NCBI RefSeq assembly: GCF_006345805.1
Contig: NW_021833444.1
Coordinates: 1 to 64,000 of the forward strand
Reading direction: 5' to 3'
Origin: Octopus sinensis
Taxonomy: Eukaryota
DNA: 64,000 bases
The position numbers were made by a program, and so were the translations under genes. Under the pieces are notes generated by a model. It ran no database searches. It was given only the letters and a program-made list of their open reading frames with translations, and had not been told where the DNA came from. How positions within the stretch are numbered: the first letter of the stretch is position 1; every line of letters starts with the position of its first letter. Positions 1 to 12,229 of the stretch are shown piece by piece.

Positions 1-819
1 GAGCTCTTGAAGCATTATCGGTAATTGTCATTTTAATCTGATAGCTGTGGGGTGTGGGACACTCAGTTAGATACACCAAGTACTTAAGTGGTACTTATTT
101 AATCAAAAAGACGAAGAAAGTCACACAGAAATTGACCCAACAGAACTACATGATCTAAAATATCAAATCATGATTGAATGGCTGAAAATTAAGGAAACCA
201 GTGCGAATGAACTTCGCATTTCTAACCAAAACCTGAAAGTAATTTGTGAAATCCGCCTTGCACTTAAGGATATAATTTCAACTAATGATGTTGATATTAC
301 ACATTTCAACCACCTGTACTTTGCATCCGAGAAAATCTCAGCGATTCTATGTGGTGAAAAGATTAGAAAACGACAACATTCCCACAAAAGCCTACTTGGC
401 AAGAGCGTATTCAATACCAGATTCAGCTAAATAGGTCTGACATAGAATGTTTAGAAACCCTTACGTTTGACAAAACTATCAAACCAACAAAAATCCGAAA
501 ATTAAAGAAAACATATAATATTAAAACTATACTTGACATCAATACCGCCATAGAAACTATCAATCAAAAGGGATGTGCTAAGGTATGAAAAGCGCATTAG
601 ATACTTCAAGGACAACAACATACTCAAAACTAGCACCAAACAATGTGCAGAAGCTACCTTTATCAAGGGAAAATTAACAGAAACATCCGATGTTAATCTT
701 CACTAGCAGAATGTCATAAAGGAGTTAGAACCAGCGGAGAGCTCCAATACCTAAGGGTATTTGAAGGGGACGGAATCAAACATTCAGTGATGAGGAAAGA
801 ATCAGAAGTTGTAGCATCT

Positions 820-1620
820 GTCAGGCGGCTCCGTCCTGGGCAAGTCGTTTTCTCGGCAAGTCGCTTTCTTCAAGGAATGCGATTAAATTCTTTCTGACTA
901 TTCATTCTGACTTTGCTGGCGTGTGAGGTTAAAGAGATAGGCCTATAATTTTGGTATTTGCTATGCGTCCTCCTCTATCGACTGGGCATAATATTCCCTC
1001 CTTCAGTTTGCTTGGCATCGTGTCATTTGCAAGGAAAGTCTGGATGAGAATCTCTAGTCGTTTTGCCAGGGCAAGTTTGCACGGTTTGAGGAGGGTTGCT
1101 TGAAAACCATCGGATCCAGCAGCTGAGTTTGCGTCCACCTCACATATGGCTAGTATTACATCTTCCCTAATATCGATGTATCCATGGTAACTACCTCGCC
1201 GGTTATAGGTGAGGCGGCAAAGATATCTGTTGGCTCGTTCACTTATCTACGTTCAAACGGGGTAAAGACACTTTTGAACTGGTCATTCAATACTTCATTG
1301 GTCCTTATTGGATTGCCTGTGAGGAAGCCGTCCTTCTGGAAGAGGGTTCCTATTTTGCAAAGCACTGAGGCTGTTCCTTTGGTATAATGAAAGAAAGCCT
1401 TTGGTTTTGACTTGATGCTTTTTATAACACAGGCTTCTTTGTCTGAACTCTCTTCTTCACATAAAATTGTTGTAGGCTTTTTTCAATATCCATCAGTGTT
1501 GTTTTTAGGCGGGAGCTTTCACTACTTTTGGGATGTTGGTTGAAGTGATTTGCAATCTTCGTCCCTCGTCTCATGACGATCTACTTCTCCCTTACAATCT
1601 CGTTTTCTTTTTTGTTGGCC
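820..1620 (-). mobile_element. Degenerate CR1/Jockey-like LINE ORF2 fragment (endonuclease-RT linker and RT N-terminus)
   Basis: Translates to KSIKSKPKAFFHY...LNDQFKSVFTP and AAGSDGFQATLLKPC...LCPVDRGG, matching the GPDG...PI-x-K-x-G...NYRPISL region. Contains stops and frameshifts. Confidence 0.6.
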
Positions 1621-1922
1621 TTGAGCTCTGGGACATATTCGTAGTATATAGCTTGCATAACAGACACGATATACTCTAGTTTCATGCTGATATCAGGTGT
1701 GGAGAGACATTTCGGCCAGTCCTGTCTGAGGATCTAAGTTTGGATCGATATCTAGTCTGCTTTGTGAAAATTCAGACAGAAGAGAATTTGGGTGCTTCCT
1801 TTAGGCTGTATATCTGTATATACATTTGACCCATACATACACAGCTCTATTATGTTGTGATCCGAAACTAATGTCAGCGTCACGTTCACATGATGAACGA
1901 TGTCAATATTATATATATATAT

Positions 1923-1992
<70 letters not shown>

Positions 1993-2017
1993 CATATACA
2001 TATACATATATATATAT

Positions 2018-2082
<65 letters not shown>

Positions 2083-2311
2083 TATATATATGTGTGTGTG
2101 TGTGTCTAATGTAGGATAAAGGTTTTTTCGAAAAACATGTTATCAATGGCCAGTATATTAAAAAATACCTTTAAAGGTTAAATTATAAACAACTTATAAA
2201 TAAGGGCAAACGAAAACATCTCTAATGCCAAATATTCCGAAAATTGGACATAATGTCCATTTACCATATAATCTTTTTAGGTCGACAGAAATCTCTAAAA
2301 AATTCCATTAT

Positions 2312-2370
2312 TACCATATCGGACCGATTTCAGGGTTAGTTCAAAAAGAACCCTCCCTTCGTCAGTGATA
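2312..2370 (-). ncRNA. Type I hammerhead ribozyme motif
   Basis: Minus strand: tatca CTGACGA aggg-agggttctttttgaacta-accct GAA Atcgg-t-ccgaT A tggta. Intact core, palindromic stem III, AUA site. Confidence 0.7.
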
Positions 2371-2574
2371 CATATGGCAAAGAAGTAAATGCGATACTTA
2401 CTCATGGAAGAAGCAAACACTAAGTCATGAGCACAACTAAGTACCCCAAAAAATCCAAAATAGAAATAATCGGTCCGATATGGTAATAATGGAATTTTTT
2501 AGAGATTTCTGTCGACCTTTTTCGAGTAGCGTGCGTACAGTGATTGCATCATCCACACTCTCAACAGTGCGCCT

Positions 2575-3157
2575 TTAAATATGGTTTCTGATTATAAATA
2601 TCTTGGGTCATACATATCATCATCTGGAAAAGACTTTCTAACTAGAAAGGTATGGCCTGGTCAGCCTGTAATGACATGCATAAGATCTGGTCATCAAATC
2701 TCAGTAGAGACTTCAAACTTGAAATATTCAAAGCCACAGTCCAACCAATTCTACTATATGGCTCAGAAACCTGGACGTTATCAAAGAAGCTTGAGAGGCG
2801 GTTGGATGGAACCTACACTCGCCTCCTTATGAGAGCTCAAAATCTCTCGTGGAAGCGCCATCCAACCAAAATGCAAATATATGGGAAATTACCACCTGTG
2901 TCATCTCTTGTGAAAGGTAGGAGAGTCCAGTTTACTGGACATTGTTGTAGAGCCGAAAAAGAAGTAATTTCTACTCTTCTCCTCTGGAAGCCATCTACTC
3001 GCAATGCCAGAGGGCGCACACTCTCCTACCCTGATGTAATCTCCAGGGATACAGGCATCTAGCAACAGGACCTCCGTAATGCTATGATGGACCGTGAAGT
3101 CTGGTGTAACATAGTAAATCCATTGTCTCGACCACGGTCGATCAATGATGATGATGA
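2575..3157 (+). mobile_element. 5'-truncated RTE-clade LINE, 3' end
   Basis: YKYLGSYI...AWSACNDMHKIWSS...ILLYGSETWTL...QFTGHCCR is the RTE RT C-terminus. There is a frameshift and a (GAT)n tail at about 3144-3157. Confidence 0.85.
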
Positions 3158-3256
3158 GTGTGCGTACTGGGAAAAAATTATATGGTAAATGGACATTATG
3201 TCCAATTTTCGGCATATTTGGCATTAGAAATTTTTCGTTTGCCCTTATTTATAAGT

Positions 3257-3307
<51 letters not shown>

Positions 3308-3309
<2 letters not shown>

Positions 3310-4965
3310 TAGCAGATTTACCCGGCGTTGCCCGTGTTACATGCATTTGAAGAATTAGATTTTTCTATTATATTTTCTGTAATGACCTGGAATACCTATG
3401 TTTCGAATTTCATCAAAATTGCAGATGAGGGTTATTTCCCTCTTTACATACCCTAAAATATTGTAATCATGCCACAAGTATCCCATACTACTAATTTTTA
3501 TGCGCATATTCCAAAATTCCAGTCTTATTGAACCTGTTAAAAGATTTTGCTCCTGAAAAATGGAGGTCATGGAGCTCTAAAATGTGAGAGTTAAGGCCCC
3601 TATTGGTGGTGGGCATCTTAATATCACTCAGAGAAGTTGAATTGTTGAGAATCTTTTTAACTTGGGTCTTTTATCTATTGTTTGAATTTCTTTGAAATAG
3701 GAAATATATGTTCACTGGGTTTGTAAAGGAGAGCAAAGCTACAGGAAACGAAAAGACGAATGATCACAATAAGCAGTCAGCTACTCTAGCCTAGTCATTG
3801 CTACTCCCAATGTAGTATTCCTCACCATTCAAGTGACAGGCACAGCCATAAGATGCATTACGAATCTATAGTAATTGGGAGGGCGTGACCCCACTGAAAT
3901 AAACATTAACAAATGTGTGACGTGAGGGCTAAGGAGAAATGAAAGCTGGAGTTTGCAAATTACCACTATTTACAATTTATAAATGTCTTTGAATAACCAG
4001 TCACTCAACTGGGAAGGCCTTGAAATCAATGTTACCATCTGGGGACTATGTGTGACCCAGTGAAAATAAAAAGAGTGAAAGGAGGTCTGCAATCAAATAA
4101 CTTTAGTGAACACTTTGCAACTGAATCGATGGAAGCAAAGATGCCTCTCATTTACTTGACAATTTATGCACCACATTGCAGAAATCACAATGTAATTGTA
4201 TCTCAAAGCAAACTGTTACACTGTTGTACCATTGAATTACAAATAATGCTCATCTTTTATGCTCGGGTGACCGTACAGCTTCTAAGAGTACAACTGTATT
4301 CGTCTTTGCTAAGATAAAATGACAAAATTGTGGGTGTTACGTCACTATAAAGAGATCTTTCTAACTTGTAAGAAGATGAAATTTTATAAATATTACTTCA
4401 TTTGTATTTGATATCTATGGTTAAAATTTCATCAACAGCAAAAATATATGAATTGTCATGGGGGTTATGGCCCTTATGCATAGAATATAATTTCCAAATT
4501 TCGCAAAGATTCATTCAGCACTTTTGACCTAGTTTTGGACCATAAAAGAAATTACTAAAATTTGGGGGTTAAGGCCCCCATGAGGGTATCTTAGAATCCT
4601 CTTGTTAAGTGGAAACTTTGAGAATGCTTCTTGATGTGTGCCAATTACCCATGCCTGAAATTTCATCAACATCGAAAATTTATGAATTTTCATGGGGGCG
4701 GGGTTCTGCCCCCTTTAAGCCATCTGAAATTCAAACCAAACATATTGCATTATACCCGCCCTTATGCATTGAATCTAAGTTTCAAATATCACAAGGATCC
4801 ATTCAGTAATTTTGGTCCATGAAATTGTATGGAACAAACAGTATTACCCTTCTCCCTAGGCTTGGATTTTGCGTTCCAAATTTCATTATGATCGGTGCAG
4901 CAGTTTTCGAATGAATAAGTAACACACGAATACATAAAGACATTGACTTTGATATAATAGATACG
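3308..4965 (+). mobile_element. Possible non-autonomous Helitron-like element
   Basis: Starts actagcagatttacccggcgttgcccg after (TA)n and ends in acattgactttgatatataagat. These termini resemble invertebrate non-autonomous rolling-circle elements. No coding remnant recognised. Confidence 0.3.
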
Positions 4966-5261
4966 AATGTGCACATATACATTCATATATATATATACAT
5001 GTGTGTGTGCGTGTGTGTGTGTGTATAGGTAAACAAAAATATGAGACAGAGCCTAGTGCTTTTTATGTTGATAAGTCTGGTACTTATTCTATTAGTTTCT
5101 TCTTGTGAAACCAGTAAGTTATGGGGATGTAAATAAACGAACAGCAGTTATGAAGCAGTGATGAGGACGAAACACAGAAACAAAGTCACATACACTTACA
5201 TATATACATACATATATATATGATTGATTTCTTTACGTTTCTGTCAACGAAATCCATATAT

Positions 5262-5672
5262 TCTCTTTTACTCTTTTCTCTTTTACTTGTTTCAGTCATT
5301 TGACTGCGGCCATGCTGGAGCACCGCCTTTAATCGAGCAACTCGACCCCGGGACTTATTCTTTATAAGCCCAGTACTTATTCTATCGGTCTCTTTTTTGC
5401 CGAACCGCTAAGTGACGGGGACGTAAACACACCAGCATCGGTTGTCAAGCAATGCTAGGGGAACAAACACAGACACACAAACAAACACATATATATATAT
5501 ACATATATACGACAGGCTTCTTTCAGTTTCCGTCTACCAAATCCACTCACAAGGCATTGGTCGGCCCGGGGCTATAGCAGAAGACACTTGCCCAAGATGC
5601 CACGCAGTGGGACTGAACCCGGAACCATGTGGTTGGTTAGCAAGCTACATACCACACAGCCACTCCTGCGCC
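5262..5672 (-). mobile_element. tRNA-derived SINE, full length (abundant cephalopod-type family)
   Basis: tRNA-like head on the minus strand (gtggctgtgtggta...ggttccgggttcagtccc). Near-identical copies at 33890-34300 and 57203-57600. Confidence 0.8.
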
Positions 5673-5929
5673 TATATATATATATATTATATATATGTAT
5701 ACACAGACACACACATAAATAAATTAATAGATACAAATGAGTGGGCAAACAAAAGTATGAGATACTGCCTAGTGGTTTTTTTTTATTTTGATAAGCCTGG
5801 TACTTATTCTATCAGTTTCTTTTTGTGAAACGAGTAAGTTATGGGGTTATAAATAAACGAACAGCAGTCGTGAAGCAGTGATGAGAGAGAAATACAAAGA
5901 CACACATACAGACTTACATATATGCATAC

Positions 5930-6110
5930 ATATATATACGATTGATTTCTTTCAATTTCTGTCTATAAAATCCACTGACAAGGCTTTGGTTGGTTTGAGG
6001 CTATAGCAGAAGACACATGCCAAGTTACCATACAGTGGGACTGAACCCAGGACCATGTGTTTTGGAACCATGTTTGTTACCACACAGCCACACTTGCACC
6101 TATGTATGTG
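5930..6110 (-). mobile_element. Partial copy of the same tRNA-derived SINE
   Basis: Matches the head and central part of 5262-5672. A similar partial copy is at 61345-61520. Confidence 0.7.
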
Positions 6111-6247
6111 TGTGACTATAGGTGTATATATATATGCATGGATATATGTATATATATATGTGTACATATTACATGTACATCTATATATATATATAAGAAA
6201 TATTGAATTTCTAAATCTCTCGTAGAGACATGTACGGTTATGGGGCG

Positions 6248-6642
6248 ATAGAATGGTTGTATAATGTCAATCTAACAAGAACGTGACAGTAGGGGGTACA
6301 CCACCGCTGTATAGTCCTAGGAAGCATCGAACGCCTCCTGATGGCTTTGACACATTTTTCCCTGTGTCCTTATATACACTTACGAAGGGGAGACAAACAC
6401 CCCCGGCTGCCGGAACTGCATCTAGGGACACGTGTTTCAGGATCGTTGTCCTTCATCGGCCTAGAGTAGCAGACACCGGTCAGCCGGTGATATTTGCCTC
6501 GAATAGACTTCACTGAATATAGATATATACAAATACGAAGTCGAGGCATCAGAAGGCGTTCGATGCTTCCTAGGGCTATACAGCGGTGGTGTACCCCCTA
6601 CTGTCACGTTCTTGTTAGATTGACAGTATACAACCATTCTAT
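6248..6642. mobile_element. 395-bp MITE-like or foldback element with 96-bp terminal inverted repeats
   Basis: 6248-6343 is the reverse complement of 6547-6642 with 3 mismatches. Abuts (TA)n on the right. Confidence 0.7.
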
Positions 6643-6662
6643 ATATATATATATAATATATA

Positions 6663-6723
<61 letters not shown>

Positions 6724-7117
6724 TCTATACATATACATATACATTTATATCTATAGAAATAAATCTATACATATATACCTGTACATATAAATGTATACAT
6801 ATATATCTATATATATACATGTATGTATATATATATATATATATATATTTAGCAATTAAGGACAACTACTTAATAAGGAAAACTTAACAAGAAATTGTCA
6901 GGTAGATAGCGTGAAAACCTCATAAGAGAAAAAATTTCGAAAATAATTATTTCTTATTGAACATATTAATTTATATATAGAGGGCATTATACATACATGC
7001 CAGAAGGCATTATACATACATGCCACACGCTAAGAGGGACAATTAGTCATTTCTACCAAAAATATTACTAATCCCACCGAATGCAATTTTTCAAAGTAAG
7101 ACATTTAAAAAAATATA

Positions 7118-7163
7118 GACCTGTATCACAGTGATTTCATACTTACGTATTCATCAGCAGGCC
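7118..7163 (-). ncRNA. Minimal type I hammerhead ribozyme motif, inverted array copy 1
   Basis: Exact reverse complement of 7695-7740. Confidence 0.8.
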
Positions 7164-7694
7164 TGAATGTATTATAAATAAACAACGACCCTGCCCCGCT
7201 TAAGCCGATCAGCTAACTGATCAACATCAACGAAGCACATGGGTGAGTTTACATATATTACATCCGGATAAATGGCAACTTTTACGAATTGCATTTCGGG
7301 TGGGATTAGTAATATTTTTGGTAGAAATGACTAATTGTCCCTCTTAGCGTGTGGCATGTATGTATAATGCCTTCTGGCATGTATGTATAATGCCCTCTAT
7401 ATATAAATTAATATGTTCAATAAGAAATAATTATTTTCGAAATTTTTTCTCTTATGAGGTTTTCACGCTATCTACCTGACAATTTCTTGTTAAGTTTTCC
7501 TTATTAAGTAGTTGTCCTTAATTGCTAAATTTTTATTCCGAAAAAACTTTTCCTCTCCCGAAATGCAATTCGTAAAAGTTTGCCATTTATCCGGATGTAA
7601 TATATGTAAACTCACCCATGTGCTTCGTTGATGTTGATCAGTTAGCTGATCGGCTTAAGCGGGGCAGGGTCGTTGTTTATTTATAATACATTCA

Positions 7695-7740
7695 GGCCTG
7701 CTGATGAATACGTAAGTATGAAATCACTGTGATACAGGTC
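7695..7740 (+). ncRNA. Minimal type I hammerhead ribozyme motif, array copy 2 of 4
   Basis: ggcctg CTGATGA atac-gtaa-gtat GAA Atcac-t-gtgaT A caggtc. The core is intact, stem I has 6 bp, stem II has a GUAA tetraloop, and stem III is palindromic. Predicted cleavage after 7734 (AUA). Confidence 0.8.
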
Positions 7741-8174
7741 TATATTTTTTTAAATGTCTTACTTTGAAAAATTGCATTCGGTGGGATTAGTAATATTTTT
7801 GGTAGAAATGACTAATTGTCCCTCTTAGCGTGTGGCATGTATGTATAATGCCTTCTGGCATGTATGTATAATGCCCGCTATATATAAATTAATATGTTCA
7901 ATAAGAATAATTATTTTCGAAATTTTTTCTCTTATGAGGTTTTCACGCTATCTACCTGACAATTTCTTGTTAAGTTTTCCTTATTAAGTAGTTGTCCTTA
8001 ATTGCTAAATTTTTATTCCGAAAAAACTTTTCCTCTCCCGAAATGCAATTCGTAAAAGTTTGCCATTTATCCGGATGTAATATATGTAAACTCACCCATG
8101 TGCTTCGTTGATGATGATCAGTTAGCTGATCGGCTTAAGCGGGGCAGGGTCGTTGTTTATTTATAATACATTCA

Positions 8175-8220
8175 GGCCTGCTGATGAATACGTAAGTATG
8201 AAATCACTGTGATACAGGTC
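8175..8220 (+). ncRNA. Minimal type I hammerhead ribozyme motif, array copy 3
   Basis: Identical to 7695-7740, 480 bp downstream. Confidence 0.8.
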
Positions 8221-8654
8221 TATATTTTTTTAAATGTCTTACTTTGAAAAATTGCATTCGGTGGGATTAGTAATATTTTTGGTAGAAATGACTAATTGTC
8301 CCTCTTAGCGTGTGGCATGTATGTATAATGCCTTCTGGCATGTATGTATAATGCCCTCTAAATATAAATTAATATGTTCAATAACAAATAATTATTTTCG
8401 AAATTTTTTCTCTTATGAGGTTTTCACGCTATCTACCTGACAATTTCTTGTTAAGTTTTCCTTATTAAGTAGGTGTCCTTAATTGCTAAATTTTTATTCC
8501 GAAAAAACTTTTCCTCTCCCGAAATGCAATTCGTAAAAGTTTGCCATTTATCCGGATGTAATATATGTAAACTCACCATGTGCTTCGTTGATGTTGATCA
8601 GTTAGCCGATCGGCTTAAGCGGGGCAGGGTCGTTGTTTATTTATAATACATTCA

Positions 8655-8700
8655 GGCCTGCTGATGAATACGTAAGTATGAAATCACTGTGATACAGGTC
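8655..8700 (+). ncRNA. Minimal type I hammerhead ribozyme motif, array copy 4
   Basis: Identical to 7695-7740, 960 bp downstream. Confidence 0.8.
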
Positions 8701-8838
8701 TATATTTTTTTAAATGTCTTACTTTGAAAAATTGCATTCGGTGGGATTAGTAATATTTTTGGTAGAAATGACTAATTGTCCCTCTTAGCGTGTGGCATGT
8801 ATGTACAATGCCTTCTGGCATGTATGTATAATGCCCTC

Positions 8839-8917
<79 letters not shown>

Positions 8918-9597
8918 TGTATGTATATATATATACATATATACACATATACATGTAAATTTAAATTTAAAATAATAAGGGTGAAAAATTGAATATTAAT
9001 TTGATTAATATCATTTTAAAACCAGTGGTGTAGCCTATTGAAACGTCTGAAGTTTCAGAAAAAAATTATATTACATACATATAAGAGGGATTAGGTGTAA
9101 GTGGACATCCATTATGCTAGAAAAAAATCTCTATGGTCTTACCATTCCTTTGTTAGTGGTAAGACCATAGCGGATCTTCTTCTAGCGTAATGGATGTCCA
9201 CTTACAGTTCATCTCACTTATATAATAGTTTCACTTTAATAGTTTCAGTATTAAAGTGAAACCGTCTGACATTACAATACAGAGATGTTTTTGTTTCATT
9301 TTTGACACGTAATACTGAAAAAGTGGAGAAAATATGATATTGCTCTGGGCTCGCCATAGTCAAGAAGTTAACATTTTTTGCCCATGACATTACATGAACC
9401 TTAAATAAAGCATGTGTAAAATTTGAATGAAATTGGTTGTGTAGTTCTCAGGTTTCAAGGGTTCACACTGACACACAGACACACAGACAGACACATATTC
9501 TCAGTTTTATATATCTATATATCTATATCTATATATATATATTACGTTGTAACTGTATATAGATAGATAGACAGAAACATGCAAACGCACGCATATG

Positions 9598-9652
<55 letters not shown>

Positions 9653-10165
9653 ATAGGGAAAATTTACAAAAAGACAAAAGACGAAGACAGGTGGTGTAGA
9701 CAACAAACAGACGTATAAGTATAACTCTCGGGAAGTGAAAATGTCTTTAACGTTTCGAGCCTAAGCACTTACACACACACACACAGACACACACACACAC
9801 ACACACACACACAAATATATATATATGGAAAAGGTTGGAAGATGCAACGAAAATTTCAGGAACTGATAAATAAATGAGTGGAAATCGAACCGGTGAGTGT
9901 GTTAGATAATAAGGCACTAAATGAGAATGACTATCACCAGACACTTTAATATACATTTTTTTATTCATTACATTAAACAATCTTTTGTATATCAATAGCT
10001 TTAAATAAACAGAAGAGTTCTTATATATCACCAATATAATTGTAATTTATAGTTTTATACACGTTCTATTACAGTTTCTCGATTAAGTGAGACCCTGATA
10101 CTTAATTTAAATATATACGTACATACATACATACATACATACATACATACATGCATACATACATG

Positions 10166-10199
<34 letters not shown>

Positions 10200-10212
10200 T
10201 TATATATATATT

Positions 10213-11765
10213 CAAGTGAATTGAATGTTGTGTGGATGTCGGTGTGAGTGTGTTCGCGTGTGTGTGTGTATTCATGAAAATAAATCCATTAATATGAGGT
10301 AACTCCATAATAGGATGTCATTCGTAGAAACATAGATATATAGATTTGAGAATCAAAGGAAATCAATTTATTCATACTCCATAAACTATAAAACTGATAT
10401 GAGCGATAGCTTATACAATTTCTGTTGTCATTGTTATTTATTAATTTGCTTGACCTCAATATCCTATTCTGGTGAATAACTTTAACAATAATGCAATTCT
10501 CAGAATTCGAAGTGTAAGGTATACGACGGGTTAAAGGGACCCCTTTTGTGTTTTATTTGTTAGAAAATCTTGAGTCATCGGCTTGTTCGTACCATACATA
10601 TATGTACTTTCATACAGGGGTTGCTGTGTCGTACGTATCTTCCTTACTAACCACATGGTTTCAGGTCCAGCCCCACTGCGTTACACCTTGGGCAAGTGTC
10701 TTCTAAAATAGCTTCGGGCCGACCAAAGCCTTGTGAGTGGATTTGGCAGTCGGAAACTGAAGGAAGCCCGTCGTATATATATATATATATTTGGTTGTTG
10801 TTAAAACAGTAAAAGATTGTCTTTGACGCAAAGTTGTTTGAACTAATATTATTTGAGATATATAGAAATATGTTTCGACAGTTGTAGATTCTACTTAATT
10901 AATTTGCTCGTTATAATTTTGTTGCATTTGAATTGTAATTTGCTATGTAGTTGAAACATTAACGCTCACGCTCACAATACATAGGCATTTGAATTTATTT
11001 TTTTCAATCTAGCCGCCCTTTCACATGGAATTTCGTCTATCTTTAAACCTTTAGCTCCGATGAGGCTTATATATGAATTGAATTGTTTGTATATAAAAAA
11101 AATGTATATTGGTCGAAACAAATTATTTTTTGTTTTTTTTATGATTTTAATGTCATGTTATTTTATATTCATAGTATATTATGTTATATTATAATGTTAG
11201 ATTACCAGTTGTACCTCTCTAGTTAATTTATTGATTGTAAAATACTTAATACACATATCTATGTGGAATTCAACTGACGTACAAGTGAATTGAATGTTGT
11301 GTGGGTGTCGGTGTGAGTGGGTTCGCCTTGTGTGTGTATTCATGAAAATAAACCATTAATACTGGGTATCTCCATAATAGGATGTCATTCGTAGAAACAT
11401 AGATATATAGATTTGAGAATCAAAGGAAATCTATTTATTCATGCTCCATAAACTATAAACCTCATATGACCGATAGCTTATACAATTTCAGTTTGGTGTG
11501 TGGTTTTTTTTGCTAACGTCATTGTTATTTATTAATTTGCTTGACCACAATATCCTATTCTGGTGAATAACTTTAACAATAATGCAATTCTCAGAATTCG
11601 AAGTGTAAGGTATACGACGGGTTAAAGTGACCCCTTTTGTGTTTTTTTTGTTAGAAAAACTTGAGTCATCGGCTTGTTCGTACCATACATATATGTACTT
11701 TCATACAGGGGTTGCTGTGTCGTACGTATCTTCCTTCCTAACTACATGGTTCCGGGTTCAGCCCC
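10213..11765 (+). repeat. Direct duplication of about 500 bp (10213-10700 and 11283-11765), each ending in a SINE head
   Basis: caagtgaattgaatgttgtgtgg...gcgttacaccttgg occurs twice with scattered substitutions. Confidence 0.8.
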
Positions 11766-12095
11766 ACTGCGTTACACCTTGGATAAGTACTAGGCTTACA
11801 AAGAATAAGTTCTAGGGTCGATTTATCCGACGAAAGGCGGTGCTCCAGTAAGGCCACAGTCAAGTGACTGAAACAGGAAAGAGAATAAAAGAATATGTAT
11901 ATGAAATAAAACTTTTCTGGAAAAGTGAATCTCGTAGAAAGTTTTTCAATCCAATATATAAATAGCATTATTTATAGCTCTACGTTATTCGAGATCCACT
12001 TCTTCAAAAACGTAATTCTTCCGCACCCACATAGATTGTATATCTGATTTGGACCACCAAGAGCTGCAGTTAAATTCTGATCTTTATTTATCTAA

Positions 12096-12229
<134 letters not shown>

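Larger units (their letters stand above)
6848..8839. repeat. 480-bp hammerhead-containing repeat array (Penelope pseudo-LTR or retrozyme-like): one inverted copy at 6848-7300 and about 3.2 tandem copies at 7300-8839
   Basis: The landmark gtgggattag recurs at 7300, 7781, 8261 and 8741. Copies differ by only a few substitutions or indels. (TA)n flanks both sides. Confidence 0.9.

Noticed and set aside
163-720. Short ORFs at the window start as a gene
   Set aside because: There are many stops and no recognisable domain or splice pattern. Possibly very old LINE debris, but I could not assign it.
1752-2146. ORFs rich in YI/IY/CV/TH repeats, here and at many other (TA)n, (CA)n and (ACAT)n tracts
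   Set aside because: These are translations of microsatellites with no stop codons by composition. No domain content.
6848-8839. CRISPR-like or satellite-only interpretation of the 480-bp array
   Set aside because: There is no repeat-spacer alternation, no cas genes, and the context is eukaryotic. Whole units are duplicated.
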